Below, piece by piece: positions 41,501 to 53,424 of a stretch of 64,000 nucleotides of DNA (the first letter of the stretch is position 1; every line of letters starts with the position of its first letter). A model generated the notes under the pieces. That model was not told the origin of the DNA. It did no database searches and saw only the letters and a list, made by a program, of their open reading frames with translations. A program made the position numbers and the translations under genes. The stretch spans positions 3,782,001 through 3,846,000 of the forward strand of contig CM022668.1 of assembly GCA_012295275.1 (NCBI GenBank). Reading direction: 5' to 3'. Source of the stretch: Chrysomallon squamiferum (lineage: Eukaryota; Animalia; Mollusca).

Positions 41501-42904
41501 GACATCAGCTGACACAAACCTGCTAGAGTAAACAAGATGAGTTTTATAATATATAAATAATTACAAAGATACCAACCTGGGTATACTGGACACTGAATAA
41601 TAAAGAAAACCTATCTCTTTAAAATTGAAATAGTAAGAAAATAGATAATTACTATATCCTGGACAACATACACACAACATAACACACACAGAACACAAAC
41701 ATAAGATTCACAAAAAATGCAGACAATATATATATGTTGTGTGCATTTTAATATATATATATATGTTGTCTGCATTTTTTGTGAATCTTATGTTTGTGTT
41801 CTGTGTGTGTTATGTTGTGTGTATGTTGTCCAGGATATAGTAATTATCTATTTTCTTACTATTTATAGATGTTACAGAATTGTCTACACACTCAAAACAC
41901 TCATGATAATATGTTAAATATAAATATGTATATAAACATTTAGCATATTATCATGAGTGTTTTGAGTGTATAGACAATTCTGTAACATCTATATATTCAA
42001 ACAAACACTATTTAAAAACTGAACTCACCTCAAGGACAGGTCCAGCACCTAGAATAGTCTGCTCCACTCCACTCCCATGTAAACCTTTGTGGCTCAGTGC
42101 TGTCAGATGATGTAGTAACAAATTAGTACTTTCTGTTTTTCCCGATCCTGACTCTCCTGATATGACAATGCACTGGTTCTGTTTGGTACGCAACATAGTG
42201 TAATATGCTGCATCTGCTATTGCAAATATGTGAGGAGGCAATTCCCCCAACCTTTTGTTCTGGTACATTTTAACATATTTTGGGTTGTAAATAGGGAAAA
42301 ACTTGAACGGATTTACAGCAATTAATATAGAACCAACGTATGTGTAGATATTGGAATTGGAAAATCGAGATTGGAGATTTTCTAAGAGAGTTTTCTCATT
42401 CAGATCTGGCAAATTACATAGATCAGGGTATTCCTTGCTTCCAATTGGCTGTTTAAGAAATGACATCAAAAAAGTATCCACCACACTGGCATCTTTACAT
42501 TCCACCCACCCCAACGAACGGGTTGCATCAGGATCTTTCTTACGGATATAAAACCTGTATCCTGTCAACAGACCTTGACCTGTGTCAATTTCAGCATTGA
42601 TGACCTTTGGCCAGAGAAGCTGAACTCTGACAGGGTTCTCCATAGGTTCAAGTCTTCGTTCCTTACAAAGCTGTCCTCCAGAAGAAAATACTTCAGCAAT
42701 CTCAAAGCTATCAGGAGGACCTAGTTTGAGCTTCCTCACTGCAGTCCTCACAATCTCTATGGCAGGTGAGGTTTTCTCGGCCTCAACTGAAATGAACTCA
42801 CTCTCCTGACTGAGGGGGCCTGTGTAGATTCGAACCATGTATGACTCCATGCTCCCTCGATCAACGAGTTCGACCCTTTTCGGCAGCAGCTCATATTGTG
42901 CCAT
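370..42904 (-). CDS. MYO9: Unconventional myosin class IX (Myo9a/b-like), multi-exon, 3'-truncated by window edge
   Basis: Phase-consistent GT-AG exons (5'->3'): 42904-42029, 34534-34440, 33602-33540, 32345-32246, 31484-31384, 31039-30985, 29538-29464, 29226-29137, 28819-28706, 23792-23658, 22297-22176, 21776-21635, 20653-20563, 20229-20128, 19847-19766, 17691-17476, 16143-16104, 15814-15701, 15246-15166, 14134-14024, 13584-13462, 11740-11591, 11237-11059, 10568-10395, 10013-9852, 9661-9616, 7084-6983, 5145-4944, 2783-2700, 2308-2022, 1623-1504, 1308-1078, 866-761, 443-370. Motifs: P-loop GESGSGKT, switch [17 protein letters not shown], switch [26 protein letters not shown] motifs, C1 domain. 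An N-terminal RA domain and the [10 protein letters not shown] loop-2 insert are class IX hallmarks. Confidence 0.96.
4416..4490 (-). CDS. Candidate 75-nt cassette exon in myosin tail ([24 protein letters not shown])
   Basis: aag|AT...CGA A|gtaagt, phase 1-1 matching flanks, CpG-containing coding-like composition. Confidence 0.55.
7087..7380. repeat. ~113-bp triplication starting at a myosin acceptor
   Basis: gacatgttag...caagtttaa...gcaactgtcttac...tacttactcac at 7087, 7201, 7311. Confidence 0.85.
8287..8719 (+). pseudogene. Frameshifted remnant resembling an OTU-like cysteine protease domain, likely transposon-derived, antisense in a myosin intron
   Basis: Overlapping short ORFs in three frames; ...[10 protein letters not shown]... 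and terminal [16 protein letters not shown] resemble the OTU W-x-x-x-x-E and His-loop (lxHxxgnHy/f) motifs. Recognised by eye only. Confidence 0.4.
11059..15246 (-). CDS. MYO9: Myosin IX end of motor, converter and IQ-motif neck exons
   Basis: [24 protein letters not shown]; [18 protein letters not shown]; YQIGINK/LFLRESE; IQ-like motifs [41 protein letters not shown]. Confidence 0.93.
11714..13055. repeat. 67-bp tandem repeat (~20 copies) spanning a myosin 3' splice site
   Basis: Unit atcttctcactctctcgtaaaaacagctgacaaaacatcacattctcatttaaaacatgaaccaaat; period 67 (cagctg at 11738, 11805). Confidence 0.95.
14106..14327. repeat. 54-bp tandem repeat (~4 copies) spanning a myosin 3' splice site
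   Basis: aacaatttcatcatcaaacacac...gcctgaaacacaa repeated; the first copy overlaps exon 14134-14024. Confidence 0.9.
14594..15160. repeat. 69-bp minisatellite (~8 copies) abutting a myosin donor site
   Basis: gagagttttgtgttctgtttatcatcactaaagttgatttctactcttgttatcacacaggactgagat, nearly identical copies. Confidence 0.95.
15701..20229 (-). CDS. MYO9: Myosin IX class-specific loop-2 insertion exons
   Basis: Starts [17 protein letters not shown], ends [13 protein letters not shown] / [11 protein letters not shown]...[12 protein letters not shown]. Established: class IX myosins carry a large calmodulin/actin-binding insert here. Confidence 0.88.
18465..18509 (-). CDS. Candidate 45-nt cassette exon in loop-2 insert ([14 protein letters not shown])
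   Basis: aag|A TTT...ATT CA|gtaagt, phase 2-2 matching both flanking exons. Confidence 0.4.
20563..23792 (-). CDS. MYO9: Myosin IX motor exons (switch II, relay helix, HYAG)
   Basis: [43 protein letters not shown]; [10 protein letters not shown]...LLDEECN; [10 protein letters not shown]...HYAGPVKY; [15 protein letters not shown]. Confidence 0.95.
21095..21654. repeat. 27-bp tandem repeat spanning a myosin 5' splice site
   Basis: tatttaccttgatgtgatatttgactg units, degenerating away from the exon. Confidence 0.93.
26688..26789 (-). CDS. Candidate 102-nt cassette exon of myosin IX (VDAQEVTHL...QPFAL)
   Basis: ttcag|GTT...TTG|gtagga, phase 0-0, GC-rich island in an AT-rich intron, stop-free. 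Confidence 0.6.
26812..27085. repeat. ~31-bp degenerate minisatellite
   Basis: caggataatgatcatatgtctatgttta-type units immediately upstream of the acceptor of exon 26789-26688. Confidence 0.85.
28105..28146 (-). CDS. Candidate 42-nt cassette exon of myosin IX ([14 protein letters not shown])
   Basis: tag|TTG...TCG|gtaagt, phase 0-0, stop-free, in the intron before the switch II exon. Confidence 0.5.
28706..34534 (-). CDS. MYO9: Myosin IX motor exons 2-9 (switch I to HO helix)
   Basis: [22 protein letters not shown]; [21 protein letters not shown]; [11 protein letters not shown]; [16 protein letters not shown]; [17 protein letters not shown]. Eight exons with matching phases. Confidence 0.95.
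33369..33520. repeat. (AG)n plus (AAT)n compound microsatellite
   Basis: Directly visible. Similar (CA)n, (AG)n, (TAT)n, (TAGA)n and (TATG)n tracts occur at ~7380, 16810, 20770, 23543, 24770, 51150 and 53385. Confidence 0.95.
35275..35372. repeat. 32-bp tandem repeat x3
   Basis: tatctcagacttcagtaatactaaagtacaga. Confidence 0.85.
37865..38323 (-). mobile_element. Tigger/pogo (TIGD1-like) DNA transposon relic: TIR plus truncated transposase HTH
   Basis: TIR-like AGTGGTGCCTTGACTTACGA at ~37866. Minus strand 38323-38126 translates [40 protein letters not shown]...[20 protein letters not shown], a CENP-B-type N-terminal HTH with stops. Confidence 0.85.
39186..39415. repeat. ~41-bp degenerate tandem repeat
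   Basis: agagataattacattactaaca...aatgctgtaaa repeated about 5-6 times. Confidence 0.8.
41628..41993. repeat. Two adjacent long inverted repeats (hairpins)
   Basis: Arms 41628-41726 / 41766-41864 (99 bp, apparently perfect) and ~41864-41914 / ~41938-41993 (near perfect). Confidence 0.93.
42029..42904 (-). CDS. MYO9: Myosin IX first coding exon: Ras-association (RA) extension plus motor N-terminus and P-loop
   Basis: MAQYELL...[19 protein letters not shown]...[17 protein letters not shown]...[16 protein letters not shown]...GESGSGKT...GAGPVLE, then donor GTGAGT. The exon's acceptor is at 43039-43041 and 42905-43038 is 5'UTR. Confidence 0.97.
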
Positions 42905-44122
42905 TGTTCAGAGTAACCAGACTGGGAAAAATGGACAAAACTGCTCCATAGTGTTGAGTTACAGTATCCATCGTTTCATTTCATAGCTCAGTGTAACACA
43001 TATCCAGCAGTTGACGCCAACATATATAAAAAGAAAACCTGAAATAAAAAAGAGAAAGTTTAACATGTATTCTTATTAAGCACTGATTTAGTGATTTTTT
43101 GCTGTAAAGCTTGCTAGGAGGTCTCAATATTTATATAAATAATTTACAGAAATGTCTCATGTTTATATAAATAATTAATAACAATAGAACAAAATAAATT
43201 ACAAAAATCAAACAATTAAACAACTTCTCCACAAATTCTATTAAGAGACTTTTTTGGCATTCGACAAATAAAAACAATTTTTGTTAATGAATTTTATATT
43301 TTTCTATAATTATTTTCTATATCATTCCAAACTCAAAGTCCAGGGAATAATATTAATTTATATAATGGACCATTAATTAATACTTTCATAATTCATTAGT
43401 GGGTTTTTTCAAAAGTGTTACATTCCAATCATTAACAATGTTTTTCTCACTATATTTTTAAAACATGATTACATGTACATATGAATCAACAACAGACTGA
43501 TAACACCTAATTGTTTCTTAAATTATGTGACTGTTAGGTGTAAAACACAGTTATTTTTATACTGATTATGTAAGAAAAGAGTAACAACTGCTGCTACTAC
43601 TCCATATTTTGCTATTACTGGTCAGCAGTAAGATGTATTTTACAAACTATATGATTTTTTTCATTGATAAAAACACATCGTTCATTAATATTGGATACTG
43701 TTGTAACATTAATAACATTAATTACAACTTTCTGTATCACTTCTTCATTTGTGCAGTACAAATGTCTGGATTCTACCATAGTTTGACCTTTTTTCTTTAA
43801 ATAGTGATAAAACTTCAGCAGTAAAGAGATTATGTGTGCATTTTAGCACAAAAAGAGTTTATTGGTATTATTATCATAAAATTCATTATTATCGTCTTCA
43901 TCATCATCATCTTCATCATCACCATCCTCACTATGTTTAATTGGTAATATTAAAATATAAATTCTGTTTTAATTCAACAAAAAATGAAAAATGGAAAGAG
44001 GAAGTAAGAAAATGTTTTATTTTATTTTGTTATTGTTTAGTTTGATGAATGGTGTGAAATAAAAAACCATGATGAAAACAGGAAGTTGTACCAGTCGTAG
44101 TTCACTGTGTAATGTAACTGTG

Positions 44123-45012
44123 TACAGTGGACTCTGTGAAAATCAGCCTCTGACTAATCTGGATTTCTGTATAAATATTTTAAAATCCTATCCAGCTTTC
44201 ATTACTCTATTATGAACAAAACCTTGTCTAATCTGGATGCTGTCTACTTTGGATAACAGAACAAAAGAACAATTTATTTAGTAACCAGCTTTGTCAACAA
44301 TGGTACACAATTTTACAAGTATAATAACTTCTTAAAAATGACATCAATTTGCAATTAATTGAACAAAACCGACCATGTGAGATGAAATGATTGTACTTCT
44401 CTGAAGGCTTACAAAACAGTGATGTCATACTTCTTGTAATTATTATATGCAGCTAAATGAACAAAATTATTATTAATGTGCATGGATATCTAAGTGAATT
44501 CACTCATTTAGTTTTGCACATTTTGCATTATCTTATGGAATTCATCATAAAAAATAACAACACATCGAACATTCAGTGTAGTCTAAAGAAAAATTATTAG
44601 AATAGTTTTCATCAAATCCACAGTGTAGAAAGTTTTAGCTATGAAATTCAAAACATAGTGACATTACCGCCAATTGTATGAAGCCACCATTTCAGCAGTG
44701 AGAAAACAAATAACAACTGGCAAATTAAAAAATCTGATAGTCTTAAAATGAAAAAAGACATTAAAACTATTGCTGCTACTACTGAAACCTGATATTTGCA
44801 ACTGACGTTAAACATGGAGGCCATGACAGAGGAGTTTGCTTTGAAGTGCAATATGAAAAAAATGGTTATCAGCGGCAGTCTATATTTTCCATTTGATAGA
44901 TTTTTAACTTTGTATATTTTATGTCATTTTAATTTTTATAAACTGGCACTCTGTCTGAAACAGCATATCTTGTTGGTCCCAAATGAATCTGGTTTTGACA
45001 GAGTCCACTGTA
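44123..45012. mobile_element. Non-autonomous Tc1/mariner-pogo type element (~890 bp) with TIRs and TA target duplication
   Basis: Left TA|CAGTGGACTCTGTGAAAATCAG; right CTGGTTTTGACAGAGTCCACTG|TA. 20 of 22 positions match as an inverted repeat. Confidence 0.85.
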
Positions 45013-46001
45013 ATTACTTTTCATGAAACTATGAAATAATAGTATCAGCTGTTGTATATACTACATAATTTATGTAACATAGAAATTATATATGTGATAG
45101 TATCAGCTATTGTACAGTACATAATTTATGTAACATAGAAATTATATATGTGATAGTATCAAGTGTTACATACTGTATAATGGGTTATTTTATTGTTATA
45201 GGTGTTGTATAATATATATTACAATGAGATATATATTTGGTGTTGTTTTCTTTTTAATACAAAGTAAAACTATAAGGTACAGTAAATACATTAGTATCAG
45301 ATATATATACACCTGAGTTACAGAAATGTTCAAGCCATCACCTCTGTTTTAATATGGTGTGTATAATAGCATTATATCTGTTGTAAGATCACAACAATAA
45401 TAATAATAATAATCATAATAATAATTTTGAAAAATTATTTGCTATAGGTATAAAACTATGGTCATAACTGCAGCACATTAATTACTTCTCAGTACAATAT
45501 CTTAAACAAAATTATTTTGTACATTGTAATGAAAGCAAGTGTTCTTGAATTATCTATTAAAAAAGGTCTAAATATTTCAAAATGAACTCAGCTACTTTAA
45601 AAATTACTTTGGTAATGAAAGAAAAGCCACCTGACATTAAAACTTCACAAAGGTCCTATAATTCAAAAAACTGCCTGAAGCAGGGAAAAACAACAAAACA
45701 GCTGAAATATACTGTCCTGGTATTCTGAAAATGAAAGTTGAACAGTGATGTTTTTTGCTGAAGTTCTGCATCATGAAGTTTGTTACTGACTGTGAAGATG
45801 CAATAATTTATGGAAAAAAAAACATTTATGAAGATAATCAGATTTTATAGGGAAAACAGCCAAACACACAAAAAACACCATTTACATGTCTTAGATAATA
45901 GAAAAGCTTAACATACTTGCTTAACTTTAACCTGAGATACAAATATTTTTAACTGAAATTCACAAACAAACACAACTCAGAAGTTAACTTTAATTACATA
46001 T

Positions 46002-46161
46002 TAATCTCAAAGTACAATATAGTATACATTCAATATCAAAGTACAATATAGTACACATTTAACCTCAAAGTACAATATAGTATATACTTAACCTCAAAGT
46101 ACAATATAGTATACATTTAATCTCAAAGTACAAAATAGTATACATTTAATCTCAAAGTACA
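46002..46161. repeat. 29-bp tandem repeat (~5 copies)
   Basis: aatctcaaagtacaatatagtatacattt. Confidence 0.9.
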
Positions 46162-49100
46162 GACCTGCATATATTTAACATGAAAGTCCTGTCTCTTATA
46201 TACATTTAACCTCTATTAATAAACATTCATAATGTAAATGTGCATTAACATCAATCAAGTATAAAAATATTTACGTTATTAACTGTTTAAGCAAAGATAT
46301 TTATATTATTAATAGGTGTAACTTCTGTGAATGTGCAAAAACAGTCCATCCAGACTATTAAACCTAGTTGATGAAGTTAATTCATATTTAAACAACTCTG
46401 TTAAAAAATAGATGTCATGAACATACTTTCATTTCACTTGGTTAATATTCAACACTGAAACAAGCTCACATTTAATGTAACTGATGTACACAGTAACCAG
46501 TTAGACATTTAACCTTGAACACATCAAGCACAATCTGGCTGTTTGTCTTATTAAGCTTCATGGTTACAATAACTTTTAGACTTGAGACTATTTATTTTCT
46601 TCTCACTGATTTAGATATATAGCCTGAAGCAAAGTTTTGACTGTTTGTGAAATTTTGACAAACAATAGTTAGTCACAATAATAGCTCAGATTAAAATAAT
46701 GGAATGCAAATTAACTATTTAATAAATTCATTATGAAAACAACTGGCTGAGTTTTAAACTATATTAAATACATAAGCTAGAGATAAGCAGTGTTAATAAG
46801 AATATAAACTATAATAATAAAGACTACAACAAAAAATTGGTTGTTAAATGAAAACGTTATAATTTGTTCAATACAGAAAAAAAATGAAAAAATCATTTGT
46901 TTTTTTGAAAAAGACAGCCGAGTGGAAAAAATATCAAAACATTTTTTTTTTTTTTTTAAATTAATAAATTAAAAAAATTAAAAATTAAAATATTTAGGAA
47001 ATAAATAAATAAAACAGTACAAAACATTTTACCTTTTTTTTACTAATAGTAAGATTTTGGTTACTTATGTAGACTCTGTTTATGTGGGAATGTGTTTGTG
47101 TGCTGAGAAGCAGAGGCATAATTCTGCAGGAAATTAATTGGCATGTTCCATTTTTATGCATACTAACTGAAATGACAGACAGTGCAATCATAATTTGTAT
47201 GAGCACTTCTTTCTTTTTTCTTCTTTTATCAGAAAATCTTTATTGCCTGTCAAATATCAATAACTATTTTCACTCTTTTTTAAAAAATAAATACTTCCTG
47301 GGTCTAAATATCATCCTGAGAGAGCTGATAAATGAAACGTGAGATATCAAACACATAAATGTATTTCTTCTGTTTTCACTTTGCAGCAATGGCTGCGTTA
47401 ATATATTCTAATAGGATCAAGACACAAGCTATGTAGAAAAACCCCATGGATAGTTAAAGAAACCACTGACTTTAAGCCTGTATAAGACACTAACAGAGAG
47501 TTAACAAGCTAAAGATTAAGAAGGTTTTACTGTAATAGCCAGTTTTACACTGCAGTAATTAGTGAGATAATTAAGGGATAACAGATAATAATCCAGTCTG
47601 AACAGCCATGCTGAAATCAGCCAGTATTCAATGACTATGTCCTCCAGTTATTATCATATTATTATGTAATCATGTTGCAACATATCAGATATTTCTACAA
47701 CATCAGGGTATATCTGTTGTTTACATAAAATTTCAAATGTGCTTATCTACAGTCAAATATATTTGTCAAATATGGAAAAGCTATATAGACTGTGTGTGTA
47801 TGTGTGTTCTGAATATATGTATGTTTATGTACACACATAATATAGTGTATACACACCTGATTTATCACTCTACAGTGCAGTGACAACTGGCCAAACTCAA
47901 CAGAGATGATATTAATGAGAAACTTAATTGACTTGGTTAAACTAATATTATTCTACACAGACAGAGACTGACAGGCTTGTTAAGATGTATGTTTTCACTA
48001 CTGCTATGAAATATGACTTTATAATCTATCAAGAATACAAATACTTTTAAAAAAAAGATAATTATTTCTACTAGTAGCACTAACAAGGATTTGCAAAAGA
48101 TAGATTTTCTGAAGATATAGCACCAGTCACACACCATATTATTGAGATATTATAAAATAGTAAAACATATACATCTGTGAATTTTCACAAGCTAAATGTT
48201 AATTGGGATGAAACAGAGTGAGTCATAGCCAGTGTGTTGAACAAATGAATATCATTCAGATAATTTATATTATAGTGATAACAGTTACTATATATAGATA
48301 TGGAATCAAAGGATATAAATTATTATTTATAAATATTTTTTCCCATATGTATGTAAGTATGCATGAGGTTCATTCATTAATATAAATACACACATTTTTT
48401 TTTATTGATACTTTTATCTGCTACAGACCCTTGAGCACATATACTCATTACACATGCACTGACATACATAATTACAAAATACCTAATGAAATATAAATTA
48501 ATATTATAACCTTTATTGTATTTGTTTTTATTGTTAATGGTAGAAGATTAATTAAGCAAAGTCATGTTTCTTTGTTCAAATGTAACTTCCTTACAATACA
48601 TACATTAGAAATTAGCTGGTAGTGAAACACAATTAATTTTTTTTTATTTAGCTTCAAGTACTAATCTACAAACAGTCAGACGCATATGTTATGGCTGCAA
48701 CATGATTAATTATGATAAGAATAAGAATGCGCCTGTAGGCAGTGGTACACAGGAAAATATTAGTTATATCACCAAGTTCAATCAAGTCACAAATTTCAAT
48801 TAGCTATGAGTCTAACAAAAACAGACCTCACTGTCACTGTTCACTGGTTCATTATATAACATTGATGTGTATATTCACTTTACCCATAAAACACTTATTT
48901 TTAGAGTTCATTAATTTGTCCAGCTTACACTGTCTATAGTTGCTGTATAACTCAGTGTTAGGTGTGTACAGTTTATGAATTAGATTGGTGTATGTTTATA
49001 GTCACTGTACAGATCAACTTTTCAGATAGACAAGTTCAGATGAAATAACCAGACCTATTATATGAAATACACTAAAAATAAACAAACATTTAATGACCAA

Positions 49101-51147
49101 CCAGCAGACAAGAAAATACACATAGAAATAATATGCATAGGTGTTCATTTGTTTGGCAAATAAAGACAATACACTACTGATAAAAAATATAAATCTGAAC
49201 TGATTTTCAAATGCTTTTTTGTTAATTCATTAATAGGTAAAACATGAGTTCACACATCAAGCTAAAATGTTATAAAAAGAATAATAATGACGTAATTACT
49301 ACATGACCAGAATATCTAATACTGTATGTGATACAGGTATTATCTGTTATGTAGTAGTAAACCTATACACAGGCTGCCTCTCAGTTCACAGTACTGATAT
49401 ATCAAGTTGAATTACATTAACCAAATGCACTGATAACTTTTAACAGCAATAAATGGTCAAGAGTAATACTTTAAAATTTGATAATGCATGTTCAGCGTGA
49501 AATATAAATTATTGCTTCTTTGTACACTGTTAAGATATTCCCATATTATAATGAAATTGCTTCATTTGCACCTTTCACAAGAAATGTTACAATGATCCAA
49601 GCATTTTACTGCAAGACTTATTTGAAAATTCTATTAAACTATATAATTAGAAAAGAGTAAAGAGTGAATTTCTTATTTCAATCATACATACAACTTTATG
49701 TAAAAATACACATTATAAACCAACAAAAATACACACATACAAACATATACACATTCTACATAATTACATACTTTATAGATAATTACAAAATAAATGCAAG
49801 TAAATATTAACTTTAATGTATCAGTAATATTAATATTGATATATATTAAATAATTAAGTTTGTATTCAAATTTCAATATATTAAACTGACAAAAATAAAA
49901 AATTAAAAAATATTTTCTTTAAATTGTACTTGATGACCGAGATCTGACCTGTGGCAAATAAACTTTTTCTTTAACATATTCATTCCCCTTACAGCTCTAA
50001 CTTAGTAGAAAAAAGTTTTAATGCTATAGCTGATTAGTACTGTTATAGCTACACATGTGTTGATGGACTTAATTTTCTTTTTCTGAACAATCCACATCTC
50101 GGTAAAACTGTAAACACATTAATATTACCTTGATTATCAAAACAGAAAGCTATTTCCAATTAAAATGTGTTCTCTATATTTTATTTTATTTATTTTTTAT
50201 ATTCACCAATTCAGAAAAGTTATAATTAGAAATAACTTCAACTATTTATTTAATAAATAAAATTTATTCTTTCACATTATATGATAAATAAAAATATGTA
50301 TTTAAGAAAAATCATCTGAATCAGTCAAAAATTAAAAAGCAAATAAATCTTTGTTTTGCTAACAACAAACTAAACAGAAGATGGATACAATTTACTTCAT
50401 TTTATATGTGAACAGTTTCAACACAAAACATGATACAGGCCTATCTACTGGCACACTTTTTGAAAAAAGGACAAAAGATGTCATGGTGCTTGAAATAAAA
50501 GTGTTTTTTTTTTTTTTTTTTTTTTTTGTCTTTGTTGTTGTAAGAGTTGTAGTATTATATATTTATTTTTACTATCAGTAATAATACTTTCTATAACTAT
50601 CACATCTTAGTAACTGAAGACAGTTACATTAGTATTTTTTATTTATTAAATACTTTATATATTGCTTAAAATAAAATATATTTCAGAGTAAGAAGTATAT
50701 AATTTTTTTATTAAACTATACTAGCAAGTGGACACATCACCAACTGGTCAGGGTGACCATAGTTCATTTATAAAAGTGTTCAGATTTAGCTCACTGCATA
50801 CAACAGTCTGGTTCATTTGTTTAAGTAGGTCACTTCCTGTTGTTTTATGTTTTTTTACATCAGTCTGCTATATGAAAGTTATCAAGCTTGTAATTGGACA
50901 TTTTCAAAAACAAAACTAGATGAAAACTTGGAAATTACTTCATGTTCATTGATAAGGAAAAAAATGATTGTTCTGTTTTCTTTTTTTGACTTTTTCTTTT
51001 ATTTATTTATTTATATTTTAATTTGTATATTCCCTATTTGCAATGTGTGTTTGTTTTTTTTATTACACTCTGGACTAAAATAGTTGGACTAACATATTAT
51101 TAACAATTATCTAGAATGTTAGTAAATAAAGTAAAAAGTACAGTCTA

Positions 51148-51216
<69 letters not shown>

Positions 51217-52127
51217 CATGCATACATATACATATATACATACATACATACATACACATATATACGTACATACAGATACATAAAAAACATCCTGTGAGTA
51301 ATAGGTTTTAGAATGTGTTTTTAATTACCCTATAGTTACTATTAAAAATAAATGATACTCTGTCAAAACAGACAAACAACTATATCACTGATTCATCTAG
51401 GTTTATTTTACTCCTTACATATCAACTTCCTTTTTCGGCTAACCCTGTAGGCTGTTTTATTTGAACTTTACTGGTTATTTAACAGAAAAAAGGCAATTTA
51501 ATTAATAATGTATTCTAAAATCCTAAATACCAGAGGCAAGATAAGTATTCCTTCAACATCATTATTTTGTTTTATATTATTATGTTTGTTTAGTTGCTCT
51601 TTATTTTATATTTATATTTTGTGGGAGGGGGTCAGAAAAGAAATACAAACAAATTTATTTTTGCTGTGGATATTCATATTGCAGTTTATTGAAATATATA
51701 TATTATAAATCAATTTTTTTAATTAAAAAATTAATCATTATAATTGTTATTATTTTTGGACAAATTAATACATTACAATTCATTACTAATGATAAACAGA
51801 GTAAGACAGGGTAAGAACCTATCAATATGATCGTTCTGTTTAAGTCTGTGACCACTGAAGCGGAAGCCTGCTGTTGAAAGAGGAAGGGAGTAACTTAACA
51901 TACGAGTGTTGCATTTGGTTTGAAATCGACACCAAGTCACAGTTGAGTCTAGTATCTCTAGTTTGTTTACCTCCGTATAGATCTTTAAACGAAACGTGTG
52001 ACGTTGCCAATTATTAGCACTGTAAATTAGTCCACTAAATGTGCAAACCTTCAGTCAGACATAAAAAGTCTAGCAGCAAGCAGTTAACATAAAACTAAAT
52101 TAGTAAATACTTAAAATTGCTACTCAC

Positions 52128-52400
52128 AAATCGTCAAATGTATCTACTTACATCAATACATGTCACGGCTATCTCCAACTTTATGTAAATTCCGACTCAG
52201 CTCGGTCTATTATTCAACTAGGAACACATCCTACGTGTTTTTTCGATCTTTAGTTGCCATGCAAGATAAATCCGTATGTATGTCACAAACAGAAAAACTA
52301 CACCCTACATGTAACACACTGCCTTCCTGACTTCCCAACACAAAATTAATTACTCAATATTTTCAGTCCCGCAGAGACAACGAACCGCAAAGCCGATTGG
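52128..52400 (-). promoter_or_regulatory. Probable non-coding first exon and promoter of myosin IX; divergent promoter region with ANAPC11
   Basis: Local CpG enrichment (51830-52420), minus-strand donor GTGAGTA ending at 52127, CCAAT box on minus strand at 52396-52400. ANAPC11 ATG is ~650 bp away on the opposite strand with a CCAAT at 53004. Confidence 0.55.
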
Positions 52401-53041
52401 TCAATATTAGCAAACCGTGAAAAATTAATATATTCATGTTTAATTATGAATAATTTTCTTCCAAATGTATATTTATTTAATTATAATTTTAACAGTTTAT
52501 CTTGTCGACAATCCCAGAGTATATAATTATTAAAAATAATCTTAAGAATATTTTGGAAACAATTATTATTTTAACTTCATATTAGCAGATATATAATAAT
52601 ATTTTAATATTTAAATATTTTATCATAAACAAAATCTACAATTGTGAATGCAATACTGCGAACTTCATCTTTCAGCTGACAAAATTACAAAATCAGTTAG
52701 TGTTACATATATACTTAAGTTACGCTGTGTTGTACTTGTAGATAACATTTTCCCAAAAATAAAAATTATTAACAACATAGGCCTACGTTACTAAGAAAAA
52801 TATATCATCCATTCAGTGAACTTTGCCTAGTATCAGTTTTAATTAATTATTCAAACTGCAGCTTTCAAAATTGATGTTAACTCTATTTTGTAAAGCATTT
52901 TATTTTATTTTATTTTATTTTATATCTATCTCCACGGGATAATTCTAATTGTTGGTGCTCTAAAGAAATTAGTGGAGATCAAATTATTATGGTGATGCGC
53001 TAACCAATGGTTTCAGACCAGTCAACGCTTAAGAACTAAAT

Positions 53042-53381
53042 ATGAAAGTAAAAATTAAAAGTATGCTATATTTTCTTAAAATCATGGTTAACTAAGTTGT
53101 TATTTGATTAGGTTTATTAATTGTGTTGTTTTGAATGTTGAGCTGAGAATAAGAAAAATCATATTTTCATTACCTAAACTCAAGCAGTAAAGGCGAGAGT
53201 AACCCATGTTACGCATGTAACGTATGTTCAGAATTTACTTTATTTAACCAGACTTTTGTAATATCAGTCAATCTTTTATTCGACTATCATATGAATACTT
53301 TCTTGTTGAGCCACTAAACAGACATAAAATAGACAAGCAGAATATCTGATTTCTCTCTGTATGGTTAACTTTGTTGTTGTG

Positions 53382-53424
<43 letters not shown>

